From: Spizellomyces punctatus DAOM BR117
Lineage: Eukaryota
DNA length: 64,000 bases
Assembly: GCA_000182565.2 (NCBI GenBank)
Contig: KQ257455.1
Direction: 5' to 3' (one strand)
Shown: positions 40,270-51,548 of the stretch, piece by piece
Layout of the letters: each line of letters opens with the position of its first letter
Position numbering within the stretch: the first letter of the stretch is position 1
Translations under genes and position numbers: made by a program
Notes under the pieces: model-generated
The model's input: the letters and a program-made list of their open reading frames with translations, nothing else
Told to the model about the DNA's origin: nothing
Databases searched by the model: none

Positions 40270-41732
40270 TTTCCCTAACCGGTTGGAGAGTACGTTTTCT
40301 ATGGGATGCAGATGAGGTTCAGATGAGAGCGGTGGCCTTTTCAACAAAGGTGGTAAAGCAAAAACAGGAGGGATGATGTGCCAGGCCGCTCGGCAGCTTC
40401 GGGCCGTCTTCTTCTTCGGAGTTACAAGACATTTAACGTTGCAAGCGCATGCTTAGTAACGATGGCGAGTTGTGCCCCTTGCTCACAAAAAAGGAAGAAA
40501 ATTTAAAGGAGATCGACCCGGCAATGTGGTACCAGGTACGCGTTTCGGTTAAATGACGAAACCCTATTTGGCCCCACAATTTGTCACTCTGCGCTCAGAC
40601 GATGACGATGACGGCCGTTACAACGATTTTACAAAAGGCTCATCTAGTTCAAGTCGTATTGCCACTACGGCGTCCTACGCAGCTCAGAACTGCGGGTTTC
40701 ACCAGAACTCATGGAGGACTTGCAAGCGGACACTGCCCAACATCACATGTCCTTCATAGGCGCCATCTCCTTTTGTCAGCGCCACGGGCCGTAAATTTAT
40801 ATGAGATCTTTGTTGCCCGCGCGTATCAGCCTGTGTGTCATAAGAAGGGGCTCGCGTGCTCGGCTGCCTAGCTAGGGCCCGATTACCGTTAATGATGTCG
40901 GCGGGCGACTCCACAGAAGCTGTTCCCAGAGAATGGCGTATAGATTTCATTGCTTTGATGTCACACTGGTGATCATGATTGGCGGATTGGCGGACGATCG
41001 ACAGGGTGTTAATGCCCTTTGCACAAGCTAGGGCGGCGTAGGTAACGACCCTGCTAATAATGGTCCCCATGGTCAACCAACTTGAAATAGATGTAAATCC
41101 AAGGACAGCACATTCCGCCGGTTCGGTATTTTTTTTTTTGCACTTCGTTGATCGCTGCTTGCATATGAATGGTGAACAATGGATATCATATACTTACCGT
41201 ACAGCAGCCACTGTCTACCTGGCTAGAAAGGCGCCGTATCAGATCTGCTTTTATTAGCTAGTTGCGTCCTAATTTGCCCACTCGCAAATCCATTGTACAT
41301 TATTCACCCCAAGTTTCTAGGGAAAAACCAGCCCGAATGCTGCTGGTAGCATAAGTCTGTTACCAGTAGGCTTTTATCACCAATTGGAGTCTGCCGGGAA
41401 ACCGCAAAGTGGGTTATGCAGGCTCATAACACTATGCGGCGTCGCCAAGAGGTTTGAACGAGAATATCTTAGAGTTTTTCACCCCAAATGGTTCTGATTA
41501 AATGATTGAATGATGCCATGTATTTCAATAAAGTCATCCTTCCTCGGCCTACATCGAGTTTCTGGAGTGAGGATCTCCAAGTCTTCATCGAGCCGAGCAG
41601 AAGCTGGCTGTATCCGGATGGAAACAGAATGAGTCATTCAACACCCAGCTCGTTGCCGTCAGCTGGAACGCTTTTTGAGCGCCTCGACAGATCACATGGT
41701 TAGGTAGAAAACAAGAGTAGGACTTGTTAGTC

Positions 41733-43734
41733 ATGGCGGTAAGTTAATATTCAGGCTAGCAGTCTATGATACAGGAGGTACAACGGGCGCTGTCTTGGTC
41801 GTGGTTCTGTCTCTTCTATCTGACGTTGCCGCGATTTCGGGTAACCGGTAACCCTCATAACTTTATTCCAACCTAGTCTTACTACGACTATGATGACGGT
41901 GTTTCGCATTATGGTGCCACGGGAGAGGTTGGACCGCCCAGTGGTTTGGAGCATACCGGGTGAGTAGTGCGTTAAGAGAGGAAGTTGCGTCGGGATTGCC
42001 AGCGTGATTCACTTGGTCGGAAGGGAAGTCAAAACGCTATCGTCTGAGTTATGATAGAACTGAACAGCATATTGTACGACTGCTTCGAGATTTCGGTCAT
42101 ATGAGCTCAGTAGATTTCACCCCCAAAGAATGGATAAGGGTTATTCATGATGCAATATTCTTAGTTATTCAGATACAGATCTCCTTGACGTCGCTGATGC
42201 GGAGAAGCCTAGATTACTATTGATGGGTCTACGAAGGTACGCTGATGCGTCTCGGTAAGCTGCGGCTATCTGTCAACTTACTAGCGGTCAAAATCATGTA
42301 GAAGTGGGAAGTCGAGCATAGAACGAGTGGTCTTTCATAAGATGTCACCAAATGAAACATTGTTCGTTGAAAGCACGACCAAAATTGAGAAGGATGACAT
42401 AATGTGCGTTCCGAACGGTGTTACATACGCCCGACGGTACTTTGCTCAATACTTCCTGCAGCTCCTTCATCGACTTTCAAATATGGGACTTCCCAGGCCA
42501 ACTGGACTTCTTTGACCCAGCATTCGATTCGGAAATGATCTTTGGGCAATGTGGTGCTTTAGTCTTTGTCATTGACGCACAGGTAACAGTTGCGTCGGTA
42601 GCAAGATCATCCGTCACACATAGATAATCCAGGTTTCCGGAAGGACAGGACGATTACTTGGAAGCACTTCAGCGTCTCTATATGACCGTAACTCGAGCTC
42701 ACAAGGTTAACCCAAATATATCATTTGAGGTTTTTATACATAAAGTGGACGGCCTATCAGACGACCACAAAATTGGTAAAGTCAAATCTCATTCAGCTCT
42801 GGTCAATGGTCGTGTATAAAACTGGTTAAGAACGTCCTGTTTTCTTTCAAAGAAACCCAACGTGATATTCACCAACGCATATCCGATGAGCTTTCTGATG
42901 CTCAACTCGACAATATACATCTTAGCTTCTACCTTACATCGATCTACGACCATTCCATATATGAAGCATTTTCCAAAGTCATACAGAAGCTCATTCCCCA
43001 ACTTCCTACGTTGGAAAATTTGTTGAATATATTATGCTCGGTATGCACCCGTGCTTAAAGGTGTATGATCATCATCAAGGACTTCGATACTGAGTGAACT
43101 TATCGCAGAACTCGGGTATTGAGAAGGCCTTCCTTTTCGATGTACTCTCCAAGATATACATCGCAACGGACAGCTCACCAGTCGACATGCAATCGTACGA
43201 ACTTTGTAGCGACATGATTGATGTCATATTGGACGTTTCTAGCATATACGGGTAATAATCTCAAGCTCACATCCGATCGTCCTGCATCGCACTGACTGGA
43301 AGTGCGTTATTCCCAGAATATCGGACAAAGATTCTCCCTCATCAACCAGCACTCCTACTTCCCCGACTGCCGACGGAGACGCCCACGCACTTATCAGATT
43401 AAATAACGGCATGGTCTTATACTTGCGTGAAGTCAATCAGTAAGTCGGCATTGACACCTTGATTTCCTACTTTTCAGCCGCATATCGTGTACTAATCATC
43501 CGTGTATTGAATAGACATCTCGCGCTAGTCTGTTTACTTCGCGAGGATAACTTTGAGAAGCAGGGATTGATCGACTATAATTTCCGGTGCTTTAGGGAAG
43601 CTATTCTGGAAGTGTTCGAACTCAGAAGAAAAGGGTATAGTAACGGAAACGGTGCAGCGGATGAAAGTCGAAGTACGGGCAAGGCATACGGTACAGTGGA
43701 GGAATCGGATTGGAATAGGAGACGGGCTGGATAG
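41733..43734 (+). CDS. GTR2: Rag C/D GTPase (Gtr2)
   Basis: [92 protein letters not shown]; start inferred as ATG GCG|gtaagt. Confidence 0.95.
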
Positions 43735-44042
43735 GGTTTCACAACAATTTTTGGATCGCGTGGAAACCAGCGTATTAAGAGGGCGTCCGAGCTAATTTTA
43801 TTGATAAAACGACCAATGTCCATCTCGCATGTGAAAGTCATTTTGAATAATATAAACCTTTCCATGTGACGGCCTATTTATCGAGTCCGCTGTTATCAAA
43901 CATTACCCAAACGTACTCCTTTTGAGGACTGTTAGTATACTTAGTATACACACTTCTTTTTTGACCAGAAGTGCCTACTCGGGGTAATCACGTATTGTGT
44001 TGAGTATCATGCCTATTCGCAACTTTCTCATCTACTAACTAT

Positions 44043-46081
44043 CTACAGGTTTGTTTTCACATCTCTCTGTACATAATCTCTATTTCGAGCCACGATATCC
44101 GCTATTCTCGGCCTGTATTTATGGTTACAATCTGGGTCTGATGAATCCTTGATGGCTTGCTTCTCCTCCAAGTAGGTTCTGCATCTTTGTATACACCCAG
44201 CAGCCAGATCCATTGCTCTCATCTTACTTTCCTGCCTCTTCAATTTCATCTCGTTGCTTTCCCAGACCTCTTTGGCAAACTGTAAGACGGGGACTACGTA
44301 TCTCTCGCAACCGACGGGCTTCTCGCAACGGACAGTCACAACGTCCCCGTCCGGAAACGTTACATGTGCAATGGAGGGGGCTTTCTGAGCTTCGACCACT
44401 ACACCGTTTTCATATAATGCTCTGACATATCCCCCAGAATACGCCGTAAAGGTTCCCAAGCCTGGGACAGTTGCCGTCCCTTCCAGTTTCCCGCTTCTTA
44501 CTGGAATAGGATGCTTAGGACGCGCCGCGATGGAACGATACGCAACCTGAACTAGCCTCAGCATCTCTGCGCTTATAACAGAGAGAGGATAGCTAAAGCC
44601 GTATAGTGTCAGCGAAGCGTCACCTCCGGTTTATTTCCAACGTTCCTCACCTGGTGCCTGTATTGGGCTCCCTAATGAAAGGCGGCGCACCTTGTAAAGC
44701 ATACATTTCCCCCTCACCGGACATGTCATCCATTGCAGAATTGTAGTATACCACCATATACTTTAGGTCTTCAATGGCTCTCATCACTGTTCCATCCTCA
44801 GGTAGTGTCGCCTCAACTTGTATATCCAAAGAAGAGAAACTTGGGGATATCGACTGCAAGCACATATCGTTCTTGCCAAGGGCCACGACTCGATACACCG
44901 CCGTAGGTGTCCATAAGATCCGAATGGGTTTAGGATTTGCTATATCATTATGTACTGCACGAGATGGTCGAAATGATGAATTCTCAGCGGCAGATGGAGA
45001 AGATTCACCACATGATGGCAAAATCGTCGTCACATAATTGTCTTCCTCTGCGTTGACACAGATATCCTCATACAGAAGCGTAGAGGAATCTGAATGGACA
45101 ATGAGATGATAAGATTTGGGCACAGGTGAGGTTTTTAAACGGCGACTAAGTACCTCCACACTGCTTCAGCAAGAGAGCTAAAGGGTATTGCCAAAGCTCT
45201 GGTGCATCTCGCACGGAGAATGTTTGCTCAATCCACAGATATACAAATTTGTACGGGACTCGACTTCCCCTCAATTTTGTGACCAAACCATCAGGATCGG
45301 CTACTAGGGACGGAAACTTCACAGTAAATGTTTGCCGGTGCGGTAAAAGTATTAACTGTATGGATCCGTCAATGCTTGCGATTGTCAAACTGCCTTCCGG
45401 TGAACGTGAGATTAGCTCCGAGGATGCGACCGGCCACCGAGAGTATTTTATTTCCGTATTTGTCTGCAGCGTTTGCATTAGGACATCCTTTTCTAGGAGA
45501 GCCGCATGAAGAAAGGGTTTCTCATAGTACGTGTTCCTGAAGTTTAAAAGGTTTAACACCGCGCTCCGAAATTTACTTGTCACAGTTGCTGTCAAATGTC
45601 TTCTCTTTTCCCCGTCACGCTCCCCCCAGTTCATCCCTAAATTAGAAGGCTTATCCAGAGATGTCGGCCCCAGGAAGGATTCGCGAAAATAGCTACTTCG
45701 CCTATCCGGAGATGGAGACCGATTGCGAAAGGCGCGCGTTAAGTCAGCAGATTGAGGACGTGAAGCTAAGCGCGACCGCAATGGCGACAGCTTTGCAGTT
45801 CCTAGGACGCTCGTACGATCCAACCTGCCTTCGTCTTGGTCATATTCGACAACGAAGCAAGCTCCGCCAGGTGACAAGTGCAAGGTGGCCGGAATAAGCT
45901 GTTCAGAGCCAGATGATGGCAACAGCAGGTTCTCTGCCTGACAAGACCCATCCTGATATAGCACGTAGCGTGGAGATGAATAGTCCGGGAAACCTAACGA
46001 TCCTAACGACGATCCGGAGCGGCTTTCCGCACGAGCAAACTCGGCAGTCGAGAAAGGTAAACCCGCGATATAGTTGTCCAT
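44043..46081 (-). CDS. C5orf34-like protein (DUF4524/DUF4520); 3 exons
   Basis: YVLYQDGS..LHLSPGGACF, LLNFRN..PFL, RWP..IASIDG..LILLPHRQTFTVKF, YLWIEQTFSVRDAPELWQYPLALL, GLGTFTAYSGGYVRALY..VTFPDG..ERYV match recalled C5orf34 blocks. Confidence 0.8.
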
Positions 46082-46373
46082 TCCCTACACGCGACCGCCA
46101 CAGTACCAGATGAAACGTTACTTGCAGTGTATTTTGCTACTACGGTACGTGTATAGAGTACATGTCTCCTCCTTGAGCGCCTGTTTACAACTGGGATTGC
46201 TGGGCATGTTTTTGGAAATTGCAGATCGAGCACACCCGGAAAGGGTCCCTTGAAGGTGGCGCAGCCGCTTACATGATCGCCGGAGTCTTCAACTGGTGAG
46301 CAGTGTATTAGGTATTAGTGCCTCCCAACTAGCGCTGCAAACCTTTTGACTCTCACCAACTGGCCATCCCGCT

Positions 46374-47003
46374 ATGGACACCAATTACTTGAAGCAGACA
46401 GTTGGGCCCCTTCTGTCATCAGCCCTTAGCGCCCTTCTGAGCTATGGCTACGATACTTCTCTGGAGGGTCCTCGAGGTCTTGATGCGATTAGTTTTATAG
46501 GAGAATATTTGCTGCATCACGATGCATCACAAAAGACTATTGCAGAACATCATAAAAGACGGGCAAAATTGCAAGCCATGCAGGATGCTCTTGTAGCTGC
46601 GCAACAGACGGAACGTGAGCATCGTCGTCGTTTTGAAGAAGAGGTGAAGGTGCGCATGACGGCCATCTTAGAACAAGAGAAACGGGTGGAAGAGGAGCGG
46701 CAGGCAAAAGAGGCCGAAGCGCTAGAAGCAGAAAAGAAGGCTGCAGCTAGTGAAGAAGAACCTGTTCAGGAGAACGTTGAAATCGAGCCTCGACGAGGTG
46801 TCCCAGAACCCATCCAAGAAGGCGAGGAGGAGAAAGAAGAAGGAGCAGATGCACAAACGGCGCAGCCTACAGAGCCTTCCGAGCCTATTGAGGAAGAGCA
46901 GCCTACTGCCACAGAAGTGTCGGCTGAAGATGAGAATCCCCCGCCCCCAGTCAACATCACCGAGACTACAATAGCTGAGGAGAAGGAGGAGGACGAATAT
47001 TAA
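46374..47003 (+). CDS. DPY30-domain protein with coiled coil and acidic tail (DYDC/radial spoke RSP2-like)
   Basis: MDTNYLKQTVGPLLSSALSAL...DAISFIGEYLLHH is a Dpy-30/RIIa dimerisation motif; followed by an E/R/K-rich coil. Confidence 0.75.
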   Translation: MDTNYLKQTVGPLLSSALSALLSYGYDTSLEGPRGLDAISFIGEYLLHHDASQKTIAEHHKRRAKLQAMQDALVAAQQTEREHRRRFEEEVKVRMTAILEQEKRVEEERQAKEAEALEAEKKAAASEEEPVQENVEIEPRRGVPEPIQEGEEEKEEGADAQTAQPTEPSEPIEEEQPTATEVSAEDENPPPPVNITETTIAEEKEEDEY

Positions 47004-47482
47004 CTTATTAGTTGCTGAACAAAAAGCCAGATTGGGTGATGTCCTGTAAATTCGAGAATACACTGGGTTGCTGATGAAGTTAAGCTGACCCTACCAGATA
47101 TGGCTACTGCGTTCCATGGTGTTTTTATCCCTTTGAGTACAGTGTGAAAGAGGATGCAACGTGAAATTGCGGCAAATGCAGGCATCTCTAGTTATATGTG
47201 CATCATCTGCCCAAGACCTATGCATGTCGTATCCCATCACCTTCAGTAGAACAGATAGATGGCTACCATGAACCGTCAACATCCCGTCCATGGGTCACGT
47301 GAGGGTTGATTACGTTATAAAAATGATTTGTTTTGCGATGCAGGCGACTTGCTTTTTGTCCATTACCTTGCCTTGCAATTTTGCAAGTTTATATCCCGAG
47401 CGCGAGCGTTGTCAAGCTCACACGGCTTCGATATTTCGTTCGCACCGCATACTTATAGTAACGATAGTCTTGACCGAGCAGC

Positions 47483-49149
47483 ATGGTTCGTAATTGCATG
47501 TTCTATGTTGAATGCTCAGGAATTCTCAAACAATTGCTTTCTTTTACAGAAGGTGAAAACGATCAGTAGGGGCGAGAGCTATGCACGAGAGCGCTCTGGG
47601 GATATTTACCGAGTTCAGAGAAACTTGGACCCAACCCTGCACCCGTTTGAACGAGCAAGAGAATACACACGTGCCTTAAATGCAACCAAGTTGGAGCGTC
47701 TGTTCGCCAAGCCGTTTGTTGGAGCTCTTTCTGGACATATTGAGGGTGTATACTGTGTTGCGAAGCATCCGACAAAATTAACCACGATATTTTCTGGAAG
47801 CGCCGATGGAGGTTAGTGGTTCGGTTGTAGATCACTTCGTGACCATTGTGGAATATATGTCTGATTTGCCATCAAACCGCACAGAGGTACGAATATGGTC
47901 TCTCACAAATCAGAAGACAACATGGACCACTAGAGCACATAGAGGATTTGTTCGCGGCATCTGTTCGATACCAGACTCTGACAATTTCTTCACGGTTGGA
48001 GAGGACAAAATTGTGAAGATGTGGTCAACCGAGCAAACAGAGGTAGTTTTCATCGAATACGTGACAGGATGTGAGAGTCTTAGTTGACATCTTCTTCGTG
48101 CAACCAGCCTCTGCAAACATATGTTGCCCGAAATGCGTTCACCGGCGTCGATCATCATCGTTCGAAGAGGACATTTGCCACATCAAGTACCCAAGTTGAT
48201 ATTTGGGATCACGAGAGGTTAGGATCAGTATGTGGTGTGGCAAAGTCTGATCTCTACAAAACTTTCTCATCAATTCGCTTCATCAGGGCCGAGCCGGTAC
48301 AATCATTCTCATGGGGCTCCGAAACAGTAACGGCGGTAAAATTTAATCAGACGGAGACAAGTATATTCGCAAGTTGTGGAACAGACCGTACCATTATTCT
48401 CTACGACCTTCGAACCAGCTCCCCCTTATCGAAGGTCATTATGTCCATGCGAACAAACGCTATCGCATGGAACCCGATGGAGGCCTTCAACTTCACAACG
48501 GCAAATGAGGACCACAATTGCTACACCTTTGATATGCGAAAGATGGACAGTGCAATGAATGTGCATAAAGATCATGTCTCCGCTGTTCTTGACATTGATT
48601 ACTCACCAACCGGAGAAGAGTTTGTGACGGGAGGATACGACCGCACAGTGCGCATCTTCAAGACGCGCGAGGGACACAGCCGGGATGTATATCATACTAA
48701 GCGCATGCAGAGAATTTTCTGCGTCAAGTTCAGCATGGACGCCAAGTTTGTCTTGTCCGGGAGTGATGATGGTAACATTCGGTTGTGGAAAGCGAATGCG
48801 TCGGATAAACTGGGAACGGTAAGCGCAAAGTCTTGGTTTACAAACTATATCATAATTCTCCGTTGTGACCTGGCTAATGTACATAACACATGTCTAGACG
48901 ACGAACCGTGAGCGGAATGCCATGAACTACACCAAAGCAATTAAAGAGCGGTACAAGCATCTTCCCGAGATTCGTAGAATTGATCGTCATCGCAAAGTAC
49001 CGAGATCCATTGCCAAGGCCAAAGAAATCAAGCATACCATGACCGAATCCATTCGGCGGAAGGAGGAAAACGAGCGGAAGCACAGCAAGCCTGGTGCTGT
49101 GCCCTACAAGGCTGACAGGCAGAAGAATATCATTACTCGGGAAAAGTGA
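47483..49149 (+). CDS. SOF1: U3 snoRNP WD40 protein Sof1/DCAF13
   Basis: M|KVKTISR, RNLDPTLHPFERAREYTRALNATKLERLFAKPF, AWNPMEAFNFTTANED, DVYHTKRMQR, SGSDDGNIRLWKA, EIRRIDRHRKVP. Confidence 0.96.
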
Positions 49150-49285
49150 TCTACCTTCAAAGCACCGTTCTTTTATGTACATAGCTAACTTGGAGTATGT
49201 TGCAGATAGTGGATTTATTGTAGTTTTATGTATCTGAATTGAAGCAGCACGCTACTATACACATAACAATAGTCAAGACTTTAAG

Positions 49286-51374
49286 TTAATAGGTCGGAAA
49301 ATCTGGATCGATTTCACTCGCCCATCTCTCTAGACCTCCTGCAATGTCTTTTGCTTGCAGAAATCCATGCTGCCTTAACAATTGCACCGCTACCTGTGAA
49401 TCGTTACCCCGCCGACATACGACGTATACTAAGGGAACTTCTCAATCTACGGCTTTCACACTGTTTAATGACATGATAAGTACTCACTTGGCAAAGCATC
49501 TTTTGCAATGGCAATCGCGCTGCTCTCCAATGCCGCGGCTTGACGTGCGGCTTGCTCGACGTCCGTTAATCGACGCTCAAGGTCCTTCAATGGTACGTCT
49601 AGCACGGGATGCATAATTAATATGAGATATCGGGACAAACTTGTGTCCACATTGATGTGCTACGTACTAAGTGAATTCGGAAGCGAGCATATATTGAACT
49701 GAACTGTTTCCCGCACGTCGAGTAGCAGATGAGGCCAGGCGCCCATTCGAACACTCGAATATTCCTACGGACGCGTATATCATGAGTCCTAGCGAAAACA
49801 GTAATTCACACGTAGATTAGTAGATCATACCCTGCATGTGCTTCTTTCGTCGTCTGGTAGAAGCGTCTGCGCTGGCGTCTATGCAAATGCTTAGAAGGAG
49901 TTCCTGACACATTTAATTCGAAATATCTCACTTTGTCTGTCGGAGCGGCGCCACAAAATTGCACATAGTCAATTAAGTCCGTAATAGTGGGGTTCTTGCC
50001 ACAGATAGCACATGTAGGACTCTGGCCTCGCAATTTAATTGTACGGAAGGCGCCTGACGTTGCGTCAAACAGCAGCATTTTCTGTGAGAAACTAGCTGAA
50101 TATGACAAGGGTGAGCAAGGCGGACAGAAAATAGAAAGCAGCAGTGAAGTTGAATTATACGTACTCCCCAATCCACTCGCTATTTTAATGACTTCCAGCG
50201 CTTGCAGGCAACCGATAATACCCGGTACTGAATAAAATTCACACCATGGTTAGCATCATGCTCCAGAAGGTTACAGTTTTATCTGGGTCATTCTCACCAA
50301 CACCGAGAACACCGCCATCACTGCAGTTGGTAACGGTCTCTGGAGGAGGCGGTGCAGGGAATATACATCGATAACAAGGACCACCAGCATGATTATAAAC
50401 TGTCAACTAACGGGAACTCAGTCGAGTAGCTTCTCGACAGCGGCGGAGAAATGAGAGAAGCTAACCTGGCCGTCCATCCTCAATGCACTACCGGACACTA
50501 GAGGTTTTCCTGCCAGCACACAGGCATCGTTTAATAGGTATCGTGTGGCAACATTGTCAGTCGCGTCGACCACAATATCCCATCTAAGTTTACGATGCTT
50601 TGAATTGGAAATCCAGATTATGCTGAGTCACATGTGAGCCAACATACGGTCTGATGATGTCCATGGCATTTGAACTTTCGATCAAGGTGTTGTACGCAAT
50701 GCAGTCGCAGAAGGACGACAATCTGGTGATTTGAAATCGAAAATACCGGATGTAGAACTCGGAACTGGACTCTAAAAGAACTTGTTACCCACCTGTTGAC
50801 GGTCGCTTTTGCCGATTCTGCTTTCATCATGCCCACCCGAGTTTCGTCGTGCACAATTTGCCGCTGCAGGTTGCTGGCTTCTACCGGATCGTAATCAACT
50901 ATTCCGAGACGGCCTAGATGTTTCTGAACAGAATTAAGATGTATTCAGCAACACGCACACCGAACAAGGCTATTCATACCTATTCCTGCAGCAGCGAGGT
51001 ACATTACAGCGGGTGCTCCTAGTCCTCCAGCTCCGACAACAAGGACGGTAGTATTTCGAAGTTTGAGCTGCCCTAAATGTGGACTAGGTTCAGAACAACC
51101 TTTGTGACGTAGCTTATATACAGTACTGTTGTTCCCGGTCCAGATATAAACCTTGTACTCCAATTTCTCGCATCAACAGCTGTCGACTAAAGCGAGAAAT
51201 CTCGTCATTGTCCAAGGACTCTTTGTGCGTCCACTCGCGAACCGAAGGTAGATCGAATATGGTTCCGTTAGGGGATAGGACTTTTGGCTCTTCATCACGC
51301 CTTGCTGCCGCTTTGAGAGCCTCGTTCTCTTTTTTAAGTGCTTCTATTTCAGCTTTCAATGCATCTACACTCAT
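49286..51374 (-). CDS. UBA4: Adenylyltransferase/sulfurtransferase Uba4/MOCS3 (ThiF plus rhodanese)
   Basis: [74 protein letters not shown], rhodanese [10 protein letters not shown], ends DPDFPTY*. Confidence 0.95.
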
Positions 51375-51548
51375 TGTTGCAGGGAGATCTCCAAATACGA
51401 GGAAACCTGCTAGTCGCTGACTTTGCCATCATTTCACCCAATTATGGTTAAATTACCCGGACATTGTCCACAGCGTTCTTCCCAGTCCCCATTTCTCCTG
51501 GGATTTTACCAATCTCCTCTGATTTTGCTGTAATAGGTAGGATTATTG

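Noticed and set aside
40699-41200. Minus-strand ORF and splice-donor-like sites upstream of the Ser-rich hypothetical gene
   Set aside because: No recognisable product; may be 5' UTR exons, and cannot be supported as a CDS
45146-45159. Apparent frameshift between C5orf34-like ORFs
   Set aside because: Explained by a GT-AG intron (QCG G|gtactt...ttcag|DSST)
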